From: an uncultured bacterium
GTDB taxonomy: Bacteria > Planctomycetota > UBA1135 > GCA-002686595
Reading direction: 5' to 3'
Assembly: GCA_943787795.1 (NCBI GenBank)
Contig: CALSNU010000006.1
Span: forward strand, 288,001 to 352,000
DNA: 64,000 nt
The position numbers were made by a program, and so were the translations under genes. Below, piece by piece: positions 37,740 to 46,887 of the stretch. Position 1 is the first letter of the stretch, and each line of letters starts with the position of its first letter. The notes under the pieces are model-generated. The model made no database searches and was not told the DNA's origin. It saw nothing but the letters and a program-made list of their open reading frames with translations.

Positions 37740-39469
37740 GCGTAGAGGAGGGTCATTGAGCTCCCGACGGGCACGTACCACGGCCACGCGATGGAGCGGC
37801 CGTCGTCAAACGCGCCGACCTCGGCCAGCCGCGTCAGGAGGAACAGGGTGAAGGCGAGCCACAGGGTCTGAATTGAACCGTGGGGCTGGCGGCGCCGGGG
37901 CAGGCCCAGGAAGAGCCACAGGGCAAGAAAGCCACCGGCGACCCACCAGCTCGCCGCATAGGCCACTTCACCGTGCCAGATCCCGAAGAGGACCGTCAGT
38001 AGACCCAGGGGTGCCGCCCAGAGGTAACCGGCGGCACCACGGGTTCCGGATCCCCAGGAGAGCGCGAAGCCGGCGAGCAGCGGGCCGCCGACCAGTCCGG
38101 ACATCCCGAGCGCCAGCCCGAGCAGGTCGTCGTACTGCGCCTCGATCACGGGCATGGCCACGGCGAGGGCCGCCAGCGCGGCCGCCCAGAAGATGACAAA
38201 GGCGCGCCCGACCCGGATCGAGCCCCCTTCGTCCCCCTCTGCCGGCCAGCCCAACGCGCGCCGAACGAGCGGCCAGACCGTCGCCTGGGACGCTTGACCC
38301 AGGGCCGCGAGGATCGAATCCAGGCTCGAGATCGCTGCGGCGAACGCCGCGGCGAGCACGAGTCCCCGGACGCCTGCGGGGAGCTCCTCCCTGACGAACA
38401 CCGGCAGGATGCGCTCGGGCTTGTCGCCAACGAGCGCGAGGGCCCCCTCCGACATGGCGTGCTCGAGGTAGTAGCCGTACAGCCCGATGCCGATGAGGAA
38501 GGCGAGGGCGATCACGATCACCGCCGCGTAGCTCCCCACCATCGCGAGCTGCGCGTCACGTTTGGAGCGGCAGCAGAGCAACCGCTGCACGATCAGCTGG
38601 TCGGTTCCATAGGGGCCGATCAGCCCCCAGCTCGCAGCGAAGAGGACGGCCCAGAGCGTGTATGGCTTCGTGAACGCGAAGTCCGTGTCGATCAGCCCGA
38701 GGCGGCCCGAGTCCATGGCGAGCCGCCATGACTCCCCGAGACCACCCTCGACCCCGGCGTGCAGGGCGACCAGCATCCCGAGCATGCCGCCCACGAAGAG
38801 CAGGAACAGCATCGCGTCGGTCCAGACCACCGTCGCCACGCCGCCGATCCACGTCCAGAGCAGCGCCACCAGCGCGATGGCCACGATGGCGCACGCCAGC
38901 GGCGGCAGGCCTGTGAGCGACGAGGCCGCCGCGAGCTCCTCTTGCGCGAGCACCTCGATCACGACCGCGGTGATGTAGACCCGCGAGGCCTGGGCCAGCG
39001 CGCCGCCGATCATGAAGAGCCCCGTCGTCATGCGGCGCACCGCAGGACCCAGGCGGTTGCCCATGAACTCGTAGGGGCTGTAGACCTCGCGCTCGTAGTA
39101 CGCGGGCACCAGGACGGTGGCCACGACGAGGCGCGCCACGAGCGCGCTGAACAGTCCGATCTGCAGGTAGAGGAGCGAACCGCCCTCCCGCCAGACCATG
39201 GAGGGCACCGCGAAGAACGTCACGGCCGAGATCTCGGTTGCGATGATCGAGGCGGACACCGCATACCAGGGCAGGCTTCGCCCCCCGAGGTAGAAGTCAC
39301 GGATGGACTCCTGCTTGCCGGTGAGGCGCTCCCCGAGGATCGTGATCGCCAGCAAAGCAAGACCGACGATGAGCCAGTCCAACCCCGTGAAGCCGCCGCC
39401 CAACTGGGCCTCGACTTCGAGCGGGTGACGGAGCAGGCCGAGCGACCCGAAGACGCCTTGACCGGTCAC
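37637..39469 (-). CDS. Sodium:solute symporter (SSS) family
   Basis: DFYLGGRSLPW, SIIATEISAVTF, GGVATVVWTD, GTDQLIVQRLL, AAAISSLDS; GGAGG 6 nt before GTG 39469. Confidence 0.92.
   Translation of the reverse strand: MTGQGVFGSLGLLRHPLEVEAQLGGGFTGLDWLIVGLALLAITILGERLTGKQESIRDFYLGGRSLPWYAVSASIIATEISAVTFFAVPSMVWREGGSLLYLQIGLFSALVARLVVATVLVPAYYEREVYSPYEFMGNRLGPAVRRMTTGLFMIGGALAQASRVYITAVVIEVLAQEELAAASSLTGLPPLACAIVAIALVALLWTWIGGVATVVWTDAMLFLLFVGGMLGMLVALHAGVEGGLGESWRLAMDSGRLGLIDTDFAFTKPYTLWAVLFAASWGLIGPYGTDQLIVQRLLCCRSKRDAQLAMVGSYAAVIVIALAFLIGIGLYGYYLEHAMSEGALALVGDKPERILPVFVREELPAGVRGLVLAAAFAAAISSLDSILAALGQASQATVWPLVRRALGWPAEGDEGGSIRVGRAFVIFWAAALAALAVAMPVIEAQYDDLLGLALGMSGLVGGPLLAGFALSWGSGTRGAAGYLWAAPLGLLTVLFGIWHGEVAYAASWWVAGGFLALWLFLGLPRRRQPHGSIQTLWLAFTLFLLTRLAEVGAFDDGRSIAWPWYVPVGSSMTLLYAYLLDRPSSRGPSPPGPSPPGTSPVGTSPSRPSR
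37656..37715. repeat. 4 x 15-bp degenerate tandem repeat in the convergent gene overlap
   Basis: ggcgaggtccctacc / ggcgaggtccccggc / ggagagggccccggc / ggagagggcccccgc. Confidence 0.85.
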
Positions 39470-40560
39470 GCCCAACCTCCGCCCTCACCGCGCTGCGCGT
39501 CCACGGGCAAGCGCCCATGGAGGCTCGTGGCGGCCGCGCCGACCAGCAGGCCCTGAGCGCCCTGCCCGACCCGCACCAGCCCCTGGCACGGAGCGAGGCC
39601 GCCTCCGTCACGTTGGATCCAACCCGCTTCCATCGAGGCATCCTCCCGCTCCGAGAGCCGAAGAGCCAGCCCCTCGTTCAGGGAACCAGCGATGGCGTCT
39701 GCCCCCAGGCACGGACTCAGCGAGCCCGTGATCACCAGGCCGTCCGAGCCCGACGGCGCGGCCCCGCCCGGCGGCTGCCCCGTGGCGCGATGGAGTCGCT
39801 CCAGGAGCCGCCGCCCTGAAGCTCGCCCGAGCTCGTGGGCGGCCGAAACGAGCCAGGTCTCGGCAGGCCCCCCGCCGCGCTTCAGCGCCTCCACCAGCCC
39901 GGAGCGGGGGTGCCCGGCCGCTCTCCAGACCTCACCCAGCGCAGCCCCACCGACATCGAGGGGGCCGCCTGGCAGCTCCCTGCCCTCGCGGACCACCTGG
40001 CCCTCGGCCAGCTCGGCCCACGAGATCTCCGCGTCCCAGCAGGTCACCAGGCCACCGACGCCCCCCGCCATGGCCCCCAATGGCGACCACACCTCGCCCA
40101 ACGCGGCGGCGACGGCGATTGGAGCGACCGATCGAATGGGCTCCTCCAGCGGGACGCCGCGAGCTCGCAGGGTGTTGGTGAGCCGATCAGGCCAGCCCGC
40201 AGCCCGAGGCCCCCCGCGCGCCGCGAGCACCTCCCGGCCATGGACATCCAGCCAAGCGTCGAGGGCCACGCCCACGCGAACGCCAGGCGCCCTGAGCCCA
40301 AAAAGCAGCTGCTCGACCGCGCTCGCCACGGACTGAACCCATGACTCTCCGGCCTGATCCTCTCCCGGCAAGGGGCCCGTCCGGGCGAGCTGGGTCTGGA
40401 CCGGCGCAGGCCTGAAGCTGGGGGGCGACATCACGTCCTCCACGAGCCGCCGACGGGACGCTCGGAGCCGACCGAACGGCGTGCGCTCCACGAGGCGCGC
40501 TTCGACTCGTCCGGGCGAGCTGACCACGCCCACCAGGAGGCCTCCTGCCGCGGCGGTCAA
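39466..40560 (-). CDS. Divergent ROK-family protein
   Basis: VGVA..WLD..G, AAALGE...GA, A.ELG, VITGSL match the ROK layout, but the ND and GTGxG motifs are lost; 4-bp overlaps on both sides. Confidence 0.6.
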   Translation of the reverse strand: MTAAAGGLLVGVVSSPGRVEARLVERTPFGRLRASRRRLVEDVMSPPSFRPAPVQTQLARTGPLPGEDQAGESWVQSVASAVEQLLFGLRAPGVRVGVALDAWLDVHGREVLAARGGPRAAGWPDRLTNTLRARGVPLEEPIRSVAPIAVAAALGEVWSPLGAMAGGVGGLVTCWDAEISWAELAEGQVVREGRELPGGPLDVGGAALGEVWRAAGHPRSGLVEALKRGGGPAETWLVSAAHELGRASGRRLLERLHRATGQPPGGAAPSGSDGLVITGSLSPCLGADAIAGSLNEGLALRLSEREDASMEAGWIQRDGGGLAPCQGLVRVGQGAQGLLVGAAATSLHGRLPVDAQRGEGGGWA

Positions 40561-41381
40561 CCGACGCTCAGCAGAGAGGCGGCGGCGGCATCCACATGCA
40601 GCTGCACGTCCGGGTGACCGGCGAGGAACGAGGCGGGCAGCTCGCTGCCACCGGCCCCTGTCACGAGTCGCGCCACGACCTCCGCCTTGTGCTCACCGAG
40701 CGCCACGATCCGAAGGCGCCGCGCCTCAAGGATCGTCCCCACGCCCATGGTCACGGCCCGCAGGGGGACCGCGTCGAGCGAGCCAAACGAGGCCGCAGCG
40801 TCGGCGCGTGTCCGCGGCGCGAGCTCCACCTCTCGGGTCCTTGAATCGGGCCGGGAGCCCGGCTCATTGAACGCGATATGCCCGTTCCCCCCGAGACCGA
40901 GCAGCTGCAGGTCGAGCCCTCCAGCCGCCTCGATCGACGCCTCGAAGGCGCGCGCAGAGCGGGCGCTCTGGCCGCTTGCCTCGGCGTCGGGCGATGCGGG
41001 AAAAGACACCTGATCGCTCGAGAGGCCCAAGGGCTCGAAGAGGTGAGCCTCCATGAAGGCGCGGAAGCTCGCGGGGCTCTTGGGCGGGAGGCCCAGGTAC
41101 TCGTCCAGGTTGAAGGTACGCACCTCCCCCAATGACACCCCACCCTCACCGAGCAAGCGCCGCAGCGCCGCGTAGACGCCCACCATGGTGGAGCCCGTCG
41201 CGAAGCCCAGGGCGGAATCAGGCCGCTGCCGGATCAGATCCACCACCTCCGCCGCGACGGCTCCACAGGCCGCCTCGGCCGTGGCGTGAACCGTCACCGG
41301 CAGGCTCGCGAAAGGGCTCGCCCCATCGCTCCCGCCACCTCGCGCGTCGGGGTCGGGTTCCTGCTGCTCTTGGTTCATCAC
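40557..41381 (-). CDS. nagB: Glucosamine-6-phosphate deaminase
   Basis: LGFATGST, TFNLDEYLG, LLGLGGNGHIAFNEPG, VTMGVGTIL, LPASFL. Confidence 0.95.
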   Translation of the reverse strand: MMNQEQQEPDPDARGGGSDGASPFASLPVTVHATAEAACGAVAAEVVDLIRQRPDSALGFATGSTMVGVYAALRRLLGEGGVSLGEVRTFNLDEYLGLPPKSPASFRAFMEAHLFEPLGLSSDQVSFPASPDAEASGQSARSARAFEASIEAAGGLDLQLLGLGGNGHIAFNEPGSRPDSRTREVELAPRTRADAAASFGSLDAVPLRAVTMGVGTILEARRLRIVALGEHKAEVVARLVTGAGGSELPASFLAGHPDVQLHVDAAAASLLSVG

Positions 41382-41384
41382 AGA

Positions 41385-42179
41385 TCAGTCTAGCGCGAGC
41401 CCCGCCGGTCCCGAAGGGGCGTCCATTGCCGCCCGGACGAATCGCCCGGCGCTCTCGGCATCCAGGGTGAGCCTGGACTCCTCAGGAGGAGCGCCGGGCT
41501 TTCCGAGCGCCACTGACGAAGCTCCGGCCGACGACTCGCCGACCAGGTGGCTACAGGAGCCATGGATGGCGGGCACCCCTGTGGCCTCGAGCACGCGCGC
41601 CGCGGACTCGCCCGAGATCCCGCCCGCCGCGACGACCTCGATGCGACCGCCGAGCCGTTCGGCCAACGAGCGGAGCTCGACCCGACCCGCCCACGCAGAG
41701 GCTGCGCCCCCCGACGTGAGCAGTCGCCGCACGCCGAGCCCGAGCAGCACCTCCACGCCGGCTGCGCGATCCTCAAGTTGATCGAAGGCGCGATGGAAGG
41801 TCACTCTCAGGTCGCCCGCGGCTTCCACCAGCCGAGCCATCCGAGGGGCGTCCACGGCGCCCTCCCTCGTCAGGACGCCAAGCGCAACGCCATCGGCACG
41901 CCCCTCGCGCGCGGCCGCCACATCGCTCAGCAGCGCCGCGAAGTCTCCGTCGTCGAGGACAAAGTCGCCGCGCCTTGGCCTCGCCAAGACCACCACCTCC
42001 GTCCGCTGCCCCGGAGCCGCGGCCCGATCGCGGGCCTCAAGAGTCTGCGCCAGCAGCCCAGGACCGGGGCTCACGCCGCCAACCTCAAGGGCGGCACACA
42101 GCTCGATCCGGTCGGCCCCGAGGTCCAGCGCCACCGCCACGGAGGCGAGATCGGTACATAGCAATTCAGAGCGGGCCAT
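41385..42179 (-). CDS. cutC: CutC family protein
   Basis: GADRIELCAALEVGG, RPRRGDF, TFHRAFD, LLTSGG. Confidence 0.93.
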   Translation of the reverse strand: MARSELLCTDLASVAVALDLGADRIELCAALEVGGVSPGPGLLAQTLEARDRAAAPGQRTEVVVLARPRRGDFVLDDGDFAALLSDVAAAREGRADGVALGVLTREGAVDAPRMARLVEAAGDLRVTFHRAFDQLEDRAAGVEVLLGLGVRRLLTSGGAASAWAGRVELRSLAERLGGRIEVVAAGGISGESAARVLEATGVPAIHGSCSHLVGESSAGASSVALGKPGAPPEESRLTLDAESAGRFVRAAMDAPSGPAGLALD

Positions 42180-42279
42180 GGGAGTACAGGGCGAGATCGT
42201 GGGGGCGGGTGGGCGAGATGGCGCCAGCGGCGGGGCCTCGGCCCAATGGGGCGATGACTGCGGGCTCGACTCCCGTAGG

Positions 42280-44178
42280 ATGCGTCAGGACTCATCCATC
42301 GTGCACCGCTTTCCTCGCCCACTCCTCCTCGCCGCTGGCCTCTACGTCCTCTTTCGGGTCTGGGTCATCACGACCGCCTTCGACGCGGTCGCGATCCCGG
42401 TGTACGAGGTTCCCAACATGGGTAACCAGGCCTGGCTGCTCGAGGACGGGTTCCGCGGCGTTCCCTGGAGCTACTACTACGACAACGCAGGGGGCCAGCT
42501 CCTCACCGCGCTGTTGGCCGCGCCGCTGTACGCGCTCTTCGGTCCCAGCTACCTCGCCCTCAAGCTGGTGCCGTTCCTCATGGGCCTGGTCCTCATGGGC
42601 CTGATCTGGCGGTTCCTGAGCCAGAACATCAACCGTACCGCCGCCATCGTCGGGGTCTTCCTCTTCGCCCTCGGCCCCCCCACGCTGACCAAGTACTCGC
42701 TGCTCGCGAAGGGGAATCACTTCGAGGGCCTGATCTTCCTCTTTCTCCCGGTGGTGCTGGTCTTCGAGGCAAGCCGCCGCGAGCGCCGCACGCCCTGGCT
42801 CATCGGAGCGGGGCTCACCGCGGGCTTCTCCGTGGTCGTCTACTTCGGATCGCTCCTAGCGCTCTCGCTGCTCGCACCCGTGCAGCTGCGCCTCCGAGGG
42901 GTCCGGGGCGCCCTGCTGGACCTCCGCGCCCTCCTCCCCGCTGCGGGGATCGGGCTCCTCCCGCTGGCGGCGCTGCAGTGGATGACCGGCGGCCGGGCAG
43001 GGTTCTTCGCCAACAAGTTCACCTCCGTCGACCCTCAGCTTGACGCCGGGGGGCTGTGGAGTGAGACCCGCTCGCTGCTCTTCGAGACCCTCCCTGGGGG
43101 CGCGTGCTACGAGGCCCTCGGACCGATCCCCGCGCTCGTGGGAGAGTGGCTCTTGCTCCTCGTGCTCGCCGTCGCCTGGGTCACGCTCGTGGCCCGAGCC
43201 TGCCGCCCCGCCGCATCCGAGGACCCCCAGAGCGACCACGCGTCCCGCGGGGCCGCGCTCCTCATCGCCACGTACCTCCCCCTCGTCCTCGGGGTCATCG
43301 CCGTCGGCGTCTTGAAGATCCGCAGCATGCCCCCGCCGGTGGAGATCGGCGGGGTCCGCTACCTGGTGTCGTTCTACTTCTTCGGGGTGCTCGCCGTCGC
43401 CACCGCCAGCGGGCTGCTGCTGGAGCGCCAGCGGGGCACCCGGTGGAAGATCGGAGCCGGACTCCTCGCGTGTGCCGGAGCGACCACGCTCTTCGTCCTC
43501 CCCATCGCCGGCGTACAGTTCACCCGCGCCGCCGACGGCCTTCGGTACCCAGGGACCTTCTTCCGCAACTACGGGAGCCTGATCCAGCGCGGGGCCGTGA
43601 AGGACCCGATCACAGGGAAGCTCAGCCTCATCCCCGGCGAGGTCATGAAGGTAGCCGACGACTTCACCGGAGAGCGCAGGGAGGACATCCTCGTCAGCAC
43701 CGGAAACAGCCTGGCCTACGGCACCCTGGCCCAGGAAGGCACCATCGACCTCGGACGCCTCATACAGGGGTATCCGGAGGACGCGGCCCCTCATCTGCTG
43801 CGGGGCGTCGGATGCTTCTTGCGCTCCTCCCTCCCGCGTGAGGGCCCGCCGCCGCCGCGGGTGCAGGCGGTCCTCTCGCGGGCCTTCGAGGACCCGGCCC
43901 ACCGCGAACACGTGGCGGAGGGCATGGGCATGTCACTGACCTACCCGCTCCGCCGGACCCTGTCCGACGATCTCGTCCGCACCGAGCAGTCCCTCAACGC
44001 CGTCCCGCGCGACCTGCGCCTCTCCGTTCGCCGCGGGCAGGGCATCGACCTCGGGATCCGCGCGCGGCGTGGGCTCCACGGCGTCCACTCCCGACTCGAA
44101 CAGGTCCTCACCAACGTCAATGACCCCACCGAGCGCGAGACGCTCCGTGGGGCCATCGAGGCTTCCGCGCGACGCTGA
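42280..44178 (+). CDS. Polytopic membrane protein, GT-C/PMT-like glycosyltransferase candidate
   Basis: Many TM helices; YE..NMG after TM1, PLYALFGPSYLALKLVP, GNHFE; start ATG 42280 or GTG 42301. Confidence 0.65.
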   Translation: MRQDSSIVHRFPRPLLLAAGLYVLFRVWVITTAFDAVAIPVYEVPNMGNQAWLLEDGFRGVPWSYYYDNAGGQLLTALLAAPLYALFGPSYLALKLVPFLMGLVLMGLIWRFLSQNINRTAAIVGVFLFALGPPTLTKYSLLAKGNHFEGLIFLFLPVVLVFEASRRERRTPWLIGAGLTAGFSVVVYFGSLLALSLLAPVQLRLRGVRGALLDLRALLPAAGIGLLPLAALQWMTGGRAGFFANKFTSVDPQLDAGGLWSETRSLLFETLPGGACYEALGPIPALVGEWLLLLVLAVAWVTLVARACRPAASEDPQSDHASRGAALLIATYLPLVLGVIAVGVLKIRSMPPPVEIGGVRYLVSFYFFGVLAVATASGLLLERQRGTRWKIGAGLLACAGATTLFVLPIAGVQFTRAADGLRYPGTFFRNYGSLIQRGAVKDPITGKLSLIPGEVMKVADDFTGERREDILVSTGNSLAYGTLAQEGTIDLGRLIQGYPEDAAPHLLRGVGCFLRSSLPREGPPPPRVQAVLSRAFEDPAHREHVAEGMGMSLTYPLRRTLSDDLVRTEQSLNAVPRDLRLSVRRGQGIDLGIRARRGLHGVHSRLEQVLTNVNDPTERETLRGAIEASARR

Positions 44179-44179
44179 T

Positions 44180-45316
44180 CTAGCGCTCGCCCATGGGGGT
44201 GTAGGAGCGCTGACGCTCCCCCACGTAAATCTGAGCCGGACGGAAGAGCTTGTTGTCTTCGTGCTGCTCCAGCCAGTGAGCGCAGTACCCCGCGACCCTG
44301 GCCATGGCGAAGATCGGAGTGAACACGTCGGTGTTGAGGCCCAGCTTCTCGTAGACCAGGCCGCTGAAGAAGTCGACGTTGGGGTAGATGCCTCGGCCAC
44401 CCAGCTTGGCGGTGACCACTTCCTCGAGCTTCAGCGCCACGTCGTACTTGGGTGTCGAGCCGAGCTCTTCAAACAGCTTCACCGCGAGCACCTGCAGGTT
44501 CTTCGCCCGCGGGTCCTTCGTCTTGTAGACGCGGTGCCCGAAGCCCATCACCTTGCTCTTGGACTCAGCCTTGGCCTCATACCAGCCCTCGACCGCATCC
44601 ACACCGTCGATGGTCGACAGCTGGTTGAGCACGCGCTCGTTGGCGCCGCCGTGGAGCGGTCCGAAGAGCGCCCCCACCGCGCCGCTGCACGAGGTGTAGG
44701 GGTCGTTCTCCGTGGACGCCACCACTCGGCACGCGAACGTTGACGCGTTCATGGTGTGTTCGGCGTGCAGGATCAGCGCGCAATCGAGCGTCTTTGAGGC
44801 GATCTCGGCCGGCTCTTCACCGTCGAGGCACCACAGGAAGTTCGCGGCGGTGGAGAGCTCGGCGCGGGGTGCGACGTACTCCTTGCCTGCCCGAACCCGC
44901 TCAAAGAGCGCCACGAGCACCGGCGTCACGGCGATCACTCGCCGCGCCGCCTCGTCCTTGGAGGCGGGGTCCCGCAGGTCCACCTTGGGGCTGACCATGC
45001 CAAGCGCGGCCAGGGAGGCCTGAAGCGCCTGCATCGGGTGCCCCGTCACAGGGAACGCCTCGACCATCTTCACCAGCGCCGGCGGCAGCACCCGCAGGCG
45101 CGCCAGGTCCGCTTCAAAGGCCGCCAGCTCGTCGCTCGAGGGAAGCTGACCGTAGAGGAGCAGCCATGCCACCTCTTCGAAGGTGCTGTGAGCGGAGAGG
45201 TCCTCGATGGGGTAGCCGCGATACTCCAGAACGCCCGCCTGACCGTCGATGAAGCTCACCGATGATTCTGCGGCCGGAATACCGGCCAGACCGGGGACTA
45301 GCTCAGGGGATGACAC
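44180..45316 (-). CDS. gltA: Citrate synthase (citrate or methylcitrate specificity not resolved)
   Basis: LEYRGY, HAEHTMNAST, GPLHGGANE, MGFGHRVYKTKDPR, YPNVDFFSG, RPAQIY; GTG start 45316. Confidence 0.9.
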   Translation of the reverse strand: MSSPELVPGLAGIPAAESSVSFIDGQAGVLEYRGYPIEDLSAHSTFEEVAWLLLYGQLPSSDELAAFEADLARLRVLPPALVKMVEAFPVTGHPMQALQASLAALGMVSPKVDLRDPASKDEAARRVIAVTPVLVALFERVRAGKEYVAPRAELSTAANFLWCLDGEEPAEIASKTLDCALILHAEHTMNASTFACRVVASTENDPYTSCSGAVGALFGPLHGGANERVLNQLSTIDGVDAVEGWYEAKAESKSKVMGFGHRVYKTKDPRAKNLQVLAVKLFEELGSTPKYDVALKLEEVVTAKLGGRGIYPNVDFFSGLVYEKLGLNTDVFTPIFAMARVAGYCAHWLEQHEDNKLFRPAQIYVGERQRSYTPMGER

Positions 45317-45366
45317 TAAAGGGCTCCGTGGGTGTGGGTGTAGAGAGAGATGGAGGAGCGGCGAGG

Positions 45367-46830
45367 TCAGGCTCGCTGCATGAGGAATTCGATGAGGAGC
45401 CTGGCGCCGACGCCAGTTCCCTGGGATCCACCGACCCAATCGCGGTCACGCGTGTTCCACGCGGTGCCGGCGATGTCGAGGTGGGCCCATTCGCGGCCGT
45501 CTGCGACGAAGTTCGAGAGGAAGGCAGCGCCCTGGCTGGGCCCCGCGCCCATGGCTGGTGAGCCGATGTTGGCGAGGTCCGCGGACTTGCCCTTCATGCC
45601 GTCCTTGTGGGCCTCGAGCAGAGGCAGCGGCCAGACCTCTTCACCGGTCACGCCGCCGGCGGCGAGCAGATCGTCGCGCAGCGCGTCCGTGGTGGCGAAC
45701 ATCCCCGTCAGCTCGTGGCCGAGTCCGACGATGACCGCCCCGGTCAGGGTCGCGAGGTCGATGATGGTGTCCGGCTTGACCTTGGACTCCACGTAGCAGA
45801 GGGCGTCCGCCAGGATCAGGCGGCCCTCCGCGTCCGTGTTGAGGATCTCAACGGTCTTACCGTTCATGCCCGTGTGGACGTCGCCCGGCTTCGTCGCGTT
45901 GCCGTCGATCAGGTTCTCCGAGGCCGGGACGATCCCGTGGACCTCGAACGGCACCTCGTACCCGCCGGCCAGCGCGTGCATGGCCCCGAGGACCGCCGCG
46001 CCACCCGACATGTCGTAGCGCATCTCGTCCATCTTGCTCGGCGGCTTGAGCGAGTAGCCGCCCGCGTCGAAGGTCAGGCCCTTGCCCACAAAGGCGATCC
46101 GGCCACGGGACTTGCCCTTCGGCTTGTAGGTCAGGTGAATGAGCCGGGCGGGCTCCACAGACCCGGCGGAGACGCCGAGCAGGAGGCCCATGCCCGCCTT
46201 TCGCATGGCCGCCTCGTCCATGATCTTGGCGGTCATCCGCGGATGACGGCGAGCGAGACCACGAGCCTCCTTGGCGAGCGCCACGGGGGTCACCATGTTG
46301 CCGGCGCCGTTCTGCAGGTCGCGGGTGAAGGCGCTGGCCGCGGCCAGGATCTCCCCCTCCTTGGCCCCCTTCTTGAAGGCCGCACCGGGACCTCCGAGGG
46401 TGATGGTCTTGAGGGCCGACGGCTTGGCCTTGCTCTTCTCGGCGTCGAAGGAATAGGTCGCCAGGAGCGCGCCCTCCGCCGCGGCGCGCCCGGCGCAGGC
46501 AGGGCCTCCGGCCGCGTCGCACGCCTCGCTGGAGACTTCGATATGGAGGGTCCGGCACTCCCGCTTCGAGGCCGCCTTCGCCGCCACCGCGGCGGATCGC
46601 CGGATGGCCTCCGCGTCCACGGCGCCGAGCCCGACCAGCAGCACCTGTCCGGTGGAACCGCCGCTGGTATAGGTGCTGCGAACGGCACGCGCCTCACCGT
46701 CAAAACCGGCGAGGAACCCCTCCGGGGCCTCGACGCCCGCGGGGAGCTGGGCGGAGCCGCCGCCGGCGATGAGGAGGGCGAGGAGATCGGTACGCGCAGC
46801 CTTACCGGAGTCCTTGATGGAGAGCTTCAT
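45367..46830 (-). CDS. pepA: Leucyl aminopeptidase (M17)
   Basis: VGKGLTFDAGG, MRYDMSG, NTDAEGRL, ATLTGA, HLDIAG. Confidence 0.96.
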   Translation of the reverse strand: MKLSIKDSGKAARTDLLALLIAGGGSAQLPAGVEAPEGFLAGFDGEARAVRSTYTSGGSTGQVLLVGLGAVDAEAIRRSAAVAAKAASKRECRTLHIEVSSEACDAAGGPACAGRAAAEGALLATYSFDAEKSKAKPSALKTITLGGPGAAFKKGAKEGEILAAASAFTRDLQNGAGNMVTPVALAKEARGLARRHPRMTAKIMDEAAMRKAGMGLLLGVSAGSVEPARLIHLTYKPKGKSRGRIAFVGKGLTFDAGGYSLKPPSKMDEMRYDMSGGAAVLGAMHALAGGYEVPFEVHGIVPASENLIDGNATKPGDVHTGMNGKTVEILNTDAEGRLILADALCYVESKVKPDTIIDLATLTGAVIVGLGHELTGMFATTDALRDDLLAAGGVTGEEVWPLPLLEAHKDGMKGKSADLANIGSPAMGAGPSQGAAFLSNFVADGREWAHLDIAGTAWNTRDRDWVGGSQGTGVGARLLIEFLMQRA

Positions 46831-46887
46831 GGGACGAGCAGAGAGAGGGTTGGATGGAGCGAGAGTGAATGCGTCTTCAGAGCGAGA

